Made by a program: the position numbers and the translations under genes. A DNA stretch of 32,000 nucleotides from Cernens ardua. GTDB lineage: Bacteria > Pseudomonadota > Gammaproteobacteria > Pseudomonadales > Halomonadaceae. Under the pieces are notes generated by a model. The model did no database searches and was not told where the DNA came from. It saw only the letters and a list, made by a program, of their open reading frames with translations. Shown piece by piece: positions 1-8,520 of the stretch; the first letter of the stretch is position 1, and each line of letters begins with the position of its first letter. The stretch spans positions 91,331 through 123,330 of the forward strand of contig NZ_JBPCZH010000005.1 in the NCBI RefSeq assembly GCF_051251085.1. The letters run 5' to 3'.

Positions 1-43
1 TGACAATGAATGAATTTATGCCCCCAAAGACCGAGACCTGCTC

Positions 44-1087
44 ATGAAAAAGAGACATCGTTTGGCGTCATCCTCGGATGTGGCTCGCTTGGCAGGTGTG
101 TCTCAGTCCGCCGTTTCGCGTACTTTTTCAGCTCATGGAAGTGTGTCAGAAAAGACACGAGCACGAGTATTGGCGGCTGCCAGCCAATTGGATTATCGAC
201 CCAATGCCTTACCTGCCATCATGCAAGGGAAGGGCTCCAATATGGTAGCTGTTGTATTGGGTGGCATGCATAACCCTTTTTATGCGCGTGTTCTGGAGTC
301 GTTAACCCAGCATTTGCAGCAACGGGGCCAGCAGGTACTCGTAACTCATGTAGAGAGCGATCACGCGCTGGATGGTGCAATCGAGCAGCTTATGCGCTAT
401 CGGGTCGACGCTATCGTCAGTGCCTTGGCTGTCATTACTCCAGAGATTGCTCAAGTGCTTTCTGCCACTCACATCCCGGTCGTGGCCTTCAATAACCTGC
501 AAAACGCCCCCGGGGTCAGTTCAGTCAATTCAGATAATCATGCGGCAGGCCAACAGATAGCCCATTATTTTATCGAAAGAGGTCACCGGCACTTTTGTTT
601 TATTCATGGCCCTGAAGGGAGTCCCGCAGAGCAATTGCGTTTTCAAGGATTTGCTCATGTAGTGAAAGAGTGTATGCCAATAGCGGAAAAGGGTACGACG
701 TTAAGCGAGGCCTGGGGGCATTACGATTATGCGGGAGGGCAAGAGGCCATTCGCTCCCTGTGGGGGGCTGGGCAACGTCCCACCGCTATTTTCTGTGCCA
801 ATGATCTGATGGCCTTGGGCGTTATGGATACATTGCGTTATGACTTTGACGTTCATATCCCTGACGAGATAGCGATTGTCGGATATGACAATATTGAAAG
901 TGCGGCCTGGAAAGCTTATGGACTCAGCAGCTTTGATCAGAATGTAGAGGCCATGGTCGAGGGTACACTGGCCCTTCTGGATGAGCATAATGATGGGGCA
1001 CCCGGGCAAGTGCTGACGATACCTCCTGTCTTTCATGAACGAAAGAGTTCATGCTCTAATCAACAAGCGAGTAAAAGTATGCTTTAG
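44..1087 (+). CDS. LacI/GalR-family transcriptional regulator
   Basis: 347-aa ORF. It has an N-terminal helix-turn-helix (SSSDVARLAGVSQSAVSRTFS) followed by a sugar-binding periplasmic-binding-protein-like core with typical LacI blocks (FCANDLMALGVM, IVGYDN). Confidence 0.85.
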   Translation: MKKRHRLASSSDVARLAGVSQSAVSRTFSAHGSVSEKTRARVLAAASQLDYRPNALPAIMQGKGSNMVAVVLGGMHNPFYARVLESLTQHLQQRGQQVLVTHVESDHALDGAIEQLMRYRVDAIVSALAVITPEIAQVLSATHIPVVAFNNLQNAPGVSSVNSDNHAAGQQIAHYFIERGHRHFCFIHGPEGSPAEQLRFQGFAHVVKECMPIAEKGTTLSEAWGHYDYAGGQEAIRSLWGAGQRPTAIFCANDLMALGVMDTLRYDFDVHIPDEIAIVGYDNIESAAWKAYGLSSFDQNVEAMVEGTLALLDEHNDGAPGQVLTIPPVFHERKSSCSNQQASKSML

Positions 1088-1160
1088 AAATAACCTTGCC
1101 TTCACCTTGTGGCTTTTGCTGTTTTGGATGCGTGATCGTTTGGGGAAATAATGAATTGAA

Positions 1161-1196
1161 AAAGCCGCCTTTGAAAAGGCGGCTTTCTTGTTTGCA
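1161..1196. terminator. Bidirectional rho-independent terminator between the convergent LacI-family gene and gcd
   Basis: Perfect 9-bp GC-rich stem AAAGCCGCC (1161-1169) / GGCGGCTTT (1178-1186). It is preceded by an A-run and followed by the T-rich TTTCTTGTTT, so a U-tract is present when read on either strand. Confidence 0.6.
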
Positions 1197-1225
1197 AGGT
1201 AACACGATATGTAAACGAGGGTGGG

Positions 1226-3730
1226 TTACTGTGACAGTTTGAATGCCACTACGCTATCGCCCAGTTTTGTCCCCAGACTGCCGTGCCCACCCGCAGCGAC
1301 GACAATGTATTGGCTACCGTCTGCTCCTGTATACGTGGCTGGCGTCGCTTGCCCGCCCGCCGGAAGCTCGTGCTGGTAGAGCACTTTGCCGTTGTTCAGG
1401 TCATACACACGGAAGTAGTCATCCGCAGTCGCTGCCTGAATAAACAGGCCTCCCCGCGTAATGATGCCGCCACCATGTGCCACCATACCGACCGGGAAGC
1501 CAATGGGGAATCGACCTGGCAGGAAGGCCGTTTTCAGGTTTTTGGTTGTCCCGATACGACGATCCCAAACCACCTTGCCGGTTTTCAGGTTAACGCCAGC
1601 CAACGTACCCCACGGCGGTGCCTGACATGGAATACCCAACGGTGATGAGAACGGTGCTATTTTGATGGCATAGTGACCACCGAAGTTCTCGTTCCAGTAT
1701 CCCTGTTTGGGTGTGGTAACAAGGCGACGATTTTCATCAGAGGCTTGCCTTGGCACAAGATGATAGTAATAAGCCAGGCGCACTGGTGCTGCGACCATAA
1801 TTTGTCGAACAGGGTCGACGGCCACCGAGCCCCAGTTAAAGACACCGATATTACCCGGATTGATGATCGATCCATGTTCGGTGGACGGTGTCCACGGGTT
1901 ACCATCGTACCGTGCTGATTTGAAGGTAATTCGGCATGACATTTGGTCGAAGGGCGTCATCCCCCACATGCTCGATTCCTTCAGCGGGTGTGGAATGAAA
2001 CTCAAGGCAGACACAGGTTGTGACGAGGCATAGTGTTCCCCGGGAATGCCTTTGGTCGATGTCTTGTATTCATGGACCGGATAGATGGGTTGCCCCGTTA
2101 AACGATTCAATACGAAAACATTACCTGTCTTTGTAGGAAGCACCATGGCCGGTTGTGAATGCCCATCATAGGTAATATTCAACAATGATGGTTGGGATGG
2201 ATTGTCACGATCCCACAAGTCATGATGTGAAGTCTGGAATGCCCATTTCATCTGGCCGGTCTGCAAGTCCAGGGCTACGATGGTGTCCCGCATTTTTTCT
2301 GTATTGCTGTTGGGATCACGATCAATACCGACTTCATCGGGTGAAGCATTGCCAAACGGGACGTAAACCAGATTGTTCTTGATATCCGCACTGAGAGTTG
2401 CCCAGGCGACAGGCGTGTCGTGGGGATAGGTGGCTCTATGGGCGAGTGGTGCTGTCTGATTAGGCTGGGAAGCATCAAAATTCCATACCAATTTGCCAGT
2501 ATGAACGTTATAGGCACGGATGACGCCCGATGGGTTGCCACGTTGGTAACCATTATCCGTGACTGAGCCACCCACAATCACCAAATCACCTGCTACCAGT
2601 GGTGCTGCTGTTTCCATATAGGCATGTGGGCGTACCTGCCCCAGCCCGGCCAGCAGATCGACCTTCCCATGATTGCCAAAGTCTTCGCATGGCTTACCGG
2701 TATTGGCATCCAGTGCAATCAACTGTGGATGGGTGGCGGTGGTAGAAAAGATACGTTTGATACATTGGCCGCCATTTAACGCCGTGGAAGTAGCGGTATC
2801 CGACATGGGGGCCGAAGAGGATGCATCGGTCTGAGGGGATGTGCTTGCCTGTCCAGTAGGTGTATTCTCAGCGGCCTGATTCTGTCCTGTGGAAGCATTG
2901 GCATTGGCTGAATTGTCAGCCTGCGTTGGTTCCTGATAATAAGCGACACCGCGGCATGTCTGGTGCTGTTGGTCAATAGAGGGATCAGGCAAAGGGGAGT
3001 ACTGCCACTTACGCTTGCCCGTATCAGGATCCAGTGCCACCACGCGTCCATGTGGCGTACATAAATACAAGCTGTTATTCACCTTGAGAGGCGTGGCTTC
3101 GAAAGTATATTCGGTGGCATCCTTTTGTGGATTGCGAAGATCGCCAGTGTGGTATTGCCACGCCACCTTCAAATGAGCAGCATTTTTCGTATTGATCTGA
3201 TTCAGGCCTGAATAGCGCTGCCCCATATCGTTACCGCCATAGGCGACCCAATTGTTGTAATCCTGACCTGCGTCGCTTGTAGCCGTAGTCTCATCATTAC
3301 CAAAACTTCCCTCAGTGGGGTAGGGATCATAGAAGCATAGCGCAATCACCATCACGAGCATGATGATGACTGTTCCCCCCAAAAAGGGATGAAAACCGCG
3401 ATTAGACTGATGCAGGCGGTTCAGTGGCCTTGTCATCCACGGAAGAGCCAGCCAGAGCCCGATCAACGCGACAATATCCCCACGGGGAATCCATTGCCAT
3501 TTATCGAAGCCCACTTCGTAGATAATCCATGCGAGTGTTATCCACATGAAGATCGCGTAAAGCGTTAAAACACTACGCTTTTTCAGCACCAAGAGTACCG
3601 CGCTGATAATAAAAGCCAGTCCCATCAGGACATAAAACGGTGACCCTCCGACCATAACCAGCCGGATAGCCATATAAAGTGTCGCTACCCCTAAAAGGAG
3701 CAGGATGACACTGGTTATCTTGTTAAGCAT
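1226..3730 (-). CDS. gcd: Membrane-bound PQQ-dependent quinoprotein glucose dehydrogenase
   Basis: 834-aa ORF with about 5 hydrophobic N-terminal helices followed by a PQQ beta-propeller. It is collinear with E. coli Gcd as I recall it (AWQYHTGDL, HHDLWDRD, and C-terminal LPAGGQATPATY...GGHGSLGTKLGD). Confidence 0.9.
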   Translation of the reverse strand: MLNKITSVILLLLGVATLYMAIRLVMVGGSPFYVLMGLAFIISAVLLVLKKRSVLTLYAIFMWITLAWIIYEVGFDKWQWIPRGDIVALIGLWLALPWMTRPLNRLHQSNRGFHPFLGGTVIIMLVMVIALCFYDPYPTEGSFGNDETTATSDAGQDYNNWVAYGGNDMGQRYSGLNQINTKNAAHLKVAWQYHTGDLRNPQKDATEYTFEATPLKVNNSLYLCTPHGRVVALDPDTGKRKWQYSPLPDPSIDQQHQTCRGVAYYQEPTQADNSANANASTGQNQAAENTPTGQASTSPQTDASSSAPMSDTATSTALNGGQCIKRIFSTTATHPQLIALDANTGKPCEDFGNHGKVDLLAGLGQVRPHAYMETAAPLVAGDLVIVGGSVTDNGYQRGNPSGVIRAYNVHTGKLVWNFDASQPNQTAPLAHRATYPHDTPVAWATLSADIKNNLVYVPFGNASPDEVGIDRDPNSNTEKMRDTIVALDLQTGQMKWAFQTSHHDLWDRDNPSQPSLLNITYDGHSQPAMVLPTKTGNVFVLNRLTGQPIYPVHEYKTSTKGIPGEHYASSQPVSALSFIPHPLKESSMWGMTPFDQMSCRITFKSARYDGNPWTPSTEHGSIINPGNIGVFNWGSVAVDPVRQIMVAAPVRLAYYYHLVPRQASDENRRLVTTPKQGYWNENFGGHYAIKIAPFSSPLGIPCQAPPWGTLAGVNLKTGKVVWDRRIGTTKNLKTAFLPGRFPIGFPVGMVAHGGGIITRGGLFIQAATADDYFRVYDLNNGKVLYQHELPAGGQATPATYTGADGSQYIVVAAGGHGSLGTKLGDSVVAFKLSQ

Positions 3731-4128
3731 GTCGTGTCTCGACAGTGAGGGTTAGCGGAAAGATATTCTTGTATCAAATGGCACGTTATTACATATCATC
3801 GTGCTCCATAACTACTATAGGGCGTTATGATGCATGTCAGTATTATTCCAATGGATAGGGGACTTATTGGCTTTTTTATGAACGTATTTTGTTTCCCTGC
3901 CCTCAATGACATTCCTATTACATAGCAATGATTCACGATAACGATATTATAGGTATCCTCTCTGATGGCTATTGATATTCGTCGGCATGGAATGTTTGCA
4001 GTGATGATGAATGGAACGAGTATTACGTTATTTCATCACCCACTTTTCTTTGTTAACGTGAAATCAATACGTTGGTCTTGAATTTAGCGCTTCCGATAAT
4101 TCATACAAAAACAAGAAGGATCGAATGA

Positions 4129-5349
4129 ATGGCAATTGATATCAATGCAGCACGCCTGTGGGAAACTATTCTCGAAACAGCCCGGGTCGGGGGTACCGAT
4201 GAAGGGGGAGTAAGACGACTGGCCCTTTCACAGGAAGATAAAACTATTCGCGATTGGTTTTGTGCTGAATGTGAAAAGCTTGGCGCTCATGTGGAGGTGG
4301 ATACGTTGGGCACTATTTTCGCCCATTACCCCGGCCGCTCGTCCGATGCCAAGCCTGTCGCAATGGGCAGCCATCTGGATACTCAACCCACGGGTGGCAA
4401 GTTCGATGGCATTTTGGGTGTGCTTGCCGGGCTTGAAGTGTTACGTACATTGAGCGAAAACAACATTACGCCCGAAAAGCCCATTGTTCTGGTGGACTGG
4501 ACCAATGAAGAAGGTGCGCGATTTGCGCCCTCCATGGGGTCATCGGCAGCGTTTGCGAACGTATTGCCGGTTGAGGAGATTCTTTCGGCAAAAGACCGCA
4601 ACGGCATTACCTTCGAAGAGGCGCTGGAAGAGATAGGCTATCGTGGGGATTTACCCTTGGGAAAAGTTGAATTCGATTCCATGTTCGAGCTTCATATAGA
4701 ACAAGGCCCCATTCTTGAAGCCGAGGAGACAACCATTGGCATCGTGACCGGTGCGCAGGGTATGCGGTGGTATGACATTTCCATTAAGGGGATGGCTGCT
4801 CATGCAGGGACAACCCCCATGCATCTTCGCAGGGATGCCTTCATGACAGCGGCAGAGCTTTCCCTTGAGCTCCGGCGAATGGCATTGGATGCAGGGGCCA
4901 ACGTCACCATTGGTGAGTTTTCGATCCCACATGCGTCACGTAATGTTATCCCCGGTGAGGTTAACCTGACGCTGGATATTCGCCACCCCGAAGAAGCGGT
5001 ACTAAACAGGCTTGAACAGGCTCTCGACAAACTGTGCTCATCAGAGATTACTGCCACCACCGATGTTACGGTCAGGCGTATCCTGGATAGTGCACCCATT
5101 GTATTTGATGAAACCTGTATCGATCTGGTTGAACAAGCCATCGAACAACGCCAGTTTTCTTCACGACGTATATTATCTGGAGCCGGGCATGACTCAGTGA
5201 ATATTTCCCGAATTGCGCCCACCGTCATGATCTTCGTACCTTGCATGAAGGGGATCAGCCACAATCCAGCAGAATCCATAACGGCTGAAGATGCGGCGGC
5301 AGGGGCTCAGGTATTACTGGATGCAGTGTTGTTACGGGCGGGTATATAG
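4129..5349 (+). CDS. M20-family Zn-dependent amidase (N-carbamoyl-L-amino-acid hydrolase / allantoate amidohydrolase type)
   Basis: 406-aa ORF with family blocks MGSHLDTQPTGGKFDGILGVLAGLEV, NEEGARF, ELHIEQGPILE and GAGHDS. An AAGGA Shine-Dalgarno lies 8 nt upstream of the ATG. Confidence 0.85.
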   Translation: MAIDINAARLWETILETARVGGTDEGGVRRLALSQEDKTIRDWFCAECEKLGAHVEVDTLGTIFAHYPGRSSDAKPVAMGSHLDTQPTGGKFDGILGVLAGLEVLRTLSENNITPEKPIVLVDWTNEEGARFAPSMGSSAAFANVLPVEEILSAKDRNGITFEEALEEIGYRGDLPLGKVEFDSMFELHIEQGPILEAEETTIGIVTGAQGMRWYDISIKGMAAHAGTTPMHLRRDAFMTAAELSLELRRMALDAGANVTIGEFSIPHASRNVIPGEVNLTLDIRHPEEAVLNRLEQALDKLCSSEITATTDVTVRRILDSAPIVFDETCIDLVEQAIEQRQFSSRRILSGAGHDSVNISRIAPTVMIFVPCMKGISHNPAESITAEDAAAGAQVLLDAVLLRAGI

Positions 5350-5565
5350 TGCTTTTATAGATGGGCTACGTAGAGGAGGCTACTGCGAACCGCTAATAAA
5401 AAAGCTGAGTGAACGTAGAGCCAAGTATGTGAACCATTTTCTTCAAAGGATACACACATGGGCGATTTGATGTTATCGCCCCGTGGTTCACACAGAAAGG
5501 CTGTGCAGCTGAATGCCCAAAGGGGGCTGGCAGAATATTGTTTTGACAGCCCTCATTTACTGAAG

Positions 5566-5592
5566 CCTTAAGCGCCCGGCCTAAGGTTTTTT
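5566..5592 (+). terminator. Candidate rho-independent terminator downstream of the amidase gene
   Basis: Hairpin CCTTAAGC...GCCTAAGG (7 bp with one A.C mismatch) is followed directly by TTTTTT. It lies 217 nt after the amidase stop, so it may instead belong to a separate short transcript. Confidence 0.45.
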
Positions 5593-5658
5593 GAACGTGT
5601 GCCTCTGTTCGAAGAGGTAATCAGGCTACACCTGATCCGTGAGAAAAGGGACTTCTTT

Positions 5659-6486
5659 CTATTCCCTTCCTATTTCCCACCACAGTTTATCCAGTGGGTA
5701 ATAGCGGTCATGTTCTTGTTTCGATTTCTCAATATCGATCTTCCAGGGTTTTTCCAGAATATAGTGGATGTTTTTTACCTCTTCCTGATGCCATATTTTG
5801 GGATGTTGGAACATCAGTGTTTTCAGCGCATTGTAAATATAGGGAAGAGGTAACCAGCGCTCGGAAAAGACTTCATTGAGAAAGTCCTGTTCGGCGAAGG
5901 GGTACTTTTTCAAGTCATCGATGGCGGCCAGTTTTTCCTCAAACATTTGCAATACAGCATTATCGGGTTCGAGTACCAGAAAACCACCATTCAGATAGAG
6001 ATCCAGAGAAGCAGGTGGTTGCTCCCCCCGTTCCTGCCAGGTGTAATGACAATGCTCTGGGTTCCAGTCAGCGGGGTAGCTCTTCAGCTTTCTTGGATTA
6101 CAACGACAGGCATGGCAAGCCGCTATGGTGTTATCCCCAAAATCCAGCGTAAAAAGCTCATCCATATTTTGTAGCACTAACATATCCGCATCCAGAAAGA
6201 CCACGCGTTGGTAGTCGGTCAATCCCCAGATACGAAGTTTGTTCCAGACTTCACCGAATTGAGGCAGCGCATAATGCTGTGTCAGTTCGGCTTGTGGCGC
6301 CAAATGTTCGACAGGATGAACAATACAACCATCCTGTACCAGAGCATCGCGGACGTCCTGTTCAACGTTGCTTGTCACCATAACGACCAATGGCCATTGG
6401 GTGCCGCTTTTTTGCAGGGAGCGATGGAGAGCTTTCACACCGACGAGATAGCTCGGCTGTGTCAGCAAAGTGACCCATGCGAACAT
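5659..6486 (-). CDS. Glycosyltransferase family 8, glycogenin/galactinol-synthase-like
   Basis: 275-aa ORF with the N-terminal FAWVTLLT...YLVGVKALHRSL block, a DxD motif (VVFLDADMLVL) and a C-terminal IHYILEKPW block. The overall layout matches glycogenin-type GT8 enzymes rather than the LPS RfaI/J type. Confidence 0.8.
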   Translation of the reverse strand: MFAWVTLLTQPSYLVGVKALHRSLQKSGTQWPLVVMVTSNVEQDVRDALVQDGCIVHPVEHLAPQAELTQHYALPQFGEVWNKLRIWGLTDYQRVVFLDADMLVLQNMDELFTLDFGDNTIAACHACRCNPRKLKSYPADWNPEHCHYTWQERGEQPPASLDLYLNGGFLVLEPDNAVLQMFEEKLAAIDDLKKYPFAEQDFLNEVFSERWLPLPYIYNALKTLMFQHPKIWHQEEVKNIHYILEKPWKIDIEKSKQEHDRYYPLDKLWWEIGRE

Positions 6487-7034
6487 ATGAGTAGCATCCT
6501 TCAGGTAATAAGAATTGTGATGAAAAAGCAGACGTGATGGCTGATGAAGTTTCGTATGCTTGCCAATGAGAAACTACGTTAGCAAACATACTCTCATTTT
6601 CCTAATGCAGACGACTGTTGTTCGTGACGGTTGTCTTTTCTTGAAACGATTCCTTATCTATACGCCTACATTGCGACAAGGGATGTGCTATACATAGCTG
6701 CATGCTGATGATTCGAATGCATATGCAAGAGAGAAGAGGGCCTTCAGAGCGTGTAGGCCCATACAGATATCATCTACATGAACGCAAAGTGGCTTTTGGA
6801 CCTATCGAAAGCGCTTATATAGCCTTGATGCAATGGCAGACCACCTCGGTTATTATCCGCGCTCGTCAATAGTGTGGTAAGGCGAAATGACAATGAGCGG
6901 GATATTCAACATAGTCTTTTGAGGTAATTGCCTCCCGTTTGAACGTTCCAATAGGGGCGTATGCGCCGCACACTACAAGGGATAAATCCGGATGTTCTCT
7001 CCGGATGAGTACCGCCTTCCAAAAAAGGATACAG

Positions 7035-8408
7035 ATGAACAGCCAGCGACTGGGTATGATTGAAAAGATCGGTTATGGCATGGGGGATGCTGGCTGCAAC
7101 ATTGTGGGCGGCGCTGTTTTCCTGTTCCTGAATTATTATTACACCGATGTCTATGGACTAACGGCATCCTCTGTAGCCCTCGTTTGGCTGGGGGTCAGAG
7201 TACTTGAAGCCGTCTCCGATCCTGTCATTGGCATGTTGGCTGATCGAACGCATAGCCGTTGGGGTAAATTCAGGCCTTATATTCTATTCTTTGCATTTCC
7301 ATACGCGGTGCTCTGTGTATTGATGTTCACAGTGCCTGCTGTTAGTTATAGCGGGAAGGTGATCTATGCCTTCGCGACCTATTTATTAATGTCAATTACC
7401 TATTCCTTCATCAATATTCCCTATACCTCGTTGGGAAGTGCCATCAGTTATGACCCGCAGGATCGTGTCGCCTGTCAATCCTACCGCTTCATGGGCGTGG
7501 GGGTGGCTACACTGATTCTGACGATCAGCCTGTTACCGATGGTGCAATGGTTGGGAAAGGGCGATCAGGCCATGGGGTATCACCGGGCTGTTTGCATCCT
7601 GACTTGCATCGGGTTCGTTTTGTTAGTGTCTTGTTTCGCACTGGTGAAAGAACGTGTGACTCCCGTCCATTCAGATAAACATCATCGCTTGCGGGATGAT
7701 TTAAAGCTGGTACTCAAGAATGATCAGTGGGTAAAGACGGTGTTGCTGACGTTTATCAATGTGCTTCCCGGTTTTATCCGCATGGCAGCTGCACTTTATT
7801 TTCTGAAATACGTCGTTAAAGCAGACGATACCTTCACGACGATATTCATGAGTATCGGTGTGGTGGGAATGATTATCGGGAGTGCTCTTGCGAAACCCTT
7901 GAGTGATCGTTTCTGCAAATTGAACATCTTTTTCTGGATCAGTATTTTTCTGTTTGTCTGGTCGGCCGGGATGTTTTTTATTGACCCTGAGCAGCGTCTT
8001 CTGCTGACAGTGGCATATTTTATTCTGAATCTGGTGCATCAGATTGCTCAGCCACTGGACTGGGCAATTATGTCTGATGTGGATGATTACAGCGAATGGC
8101 GTTCGGGTAAACGCTTAACCGGGATTACCTTCGCTTGTAATTTTCTCGCATTGAAAATGGGGTTGGCGTTGTCGGGAACACTGGTGAGTTCTGTATTGGC
8201 CTGGAGCCATTATCACGCTGACCAGCCTGATCAGACCGCTACCACGCTGATCGTGATAAAGGTCGTATTTTTGGTATTGCCAGCCATTACCTATCTGATG
8301 ACAGCAGGGTGTGTGAAGTTGTTGCGGGTTGATCGTGCAATGATGGATAGGGTGACGGAAGAGCTTTCCAAGCATAGGGAGAGGGGTAGGGAAGTGGTGG
8401 CGGGTTGA
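7035..8408 (+). CDS. GPH-family (glycoside-pentoside-hexuronide) cation symporter, MFS superfamily
   Basis: Shows the GPH signature (IGYGMGDAG...; DPVIGMLADRTHSRWGKFRPY) and about 12 hydrophobic segments. The start is moved from the track's TTG (6939) to ATG 7035, which has an AAGGA Shine-Dalgarno 5-6 nt upstream and matches the usual GPH N-terminus. Confidence 0.8.
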   Translation: MNSQRLGMIEKIGYGMGDAGCNIVGGAVFLFLNYYYTDVYGLTASSVALVWLGVRVLEAVSDPVIGMLADRTHSRWGKFRPYILFFAFPYAVLCVLMFTVPAVSYSGKVIYAFATYLLMSITYSFINIPYTSLGSAISYDPQDRVACQSYRFMGVGVATLILTISLLPMVQWLGKGDQAMGYHRAVCILTCIGFVLLVSCFALVKERVTPVHSDKHHRLRDDLKLVLKNDQWVKTVLLTFINVLPGFIRMAAALYFLKYVVKADDTFTTIFMSIGVVGMIIGSALAKPLSDRFCKLNIFFWISIFLFVWSAGMFFIDPEQRLLLTVAYFILNLVHQIAQPLDWAIMSDVDDYSEWRSGKRLTGITFACNFLALKMGLALSGTLVSSVLAWSHYHADQPDQTATTLIVIKVVFLVLPAITYLMTAGCVKLLRVDRAMMDRVTEELSKHRERGREVVAG

Positions 8409-8520
8409 GTTGGGGTGTTTTTGCCGACCTTGGAACTACCCTTCAAACTGATTGATAAGCGTCTTTTCCCGAAGATCTAGGTAAAAGTATAAAAAATACA
8501 ATTAAAAAATATCCACTCAA

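Noticed and set aside
1243-3051. Numerous 60-160-aa ORFs antisense to or out of frame within gcd, the amidase gene, cas2/3, csy genes, minD, sbcB, the M16 peptidase, the MFS fusion and the kinase.
   Set aside because: All lie wholly inside long ORFs with strong homology-based support. They have odd compositions (rich in R/P/C/H) typical of shadow frames.
6939-7034. Upstream extensions of track ORFs: GPH transporter 6939-7034, csy1 12920-12955, sbcB 21446-21508 and M16 peptidase 26071-26157.
   Set aside because: They start at TTG/GTG without a Shine-Dalgarno and add residues absent from homologue N-termini. The downstream starts fit the homologues or signal peptides better. The sbcB and peptidase starts remain somewhat uncertain.
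8409-8520. A search for a second CRISPR array upstream of cas1 (common in I-F loci) or a direct repeat of the tRNA 3' end marking an island border.
   Set aside because: No copy or fragment of the CTGCCGCACAGGCAG core and no match to TGGTAGCGGGGG is visible there. The stretch is only AT-rich promoter-like sequence.
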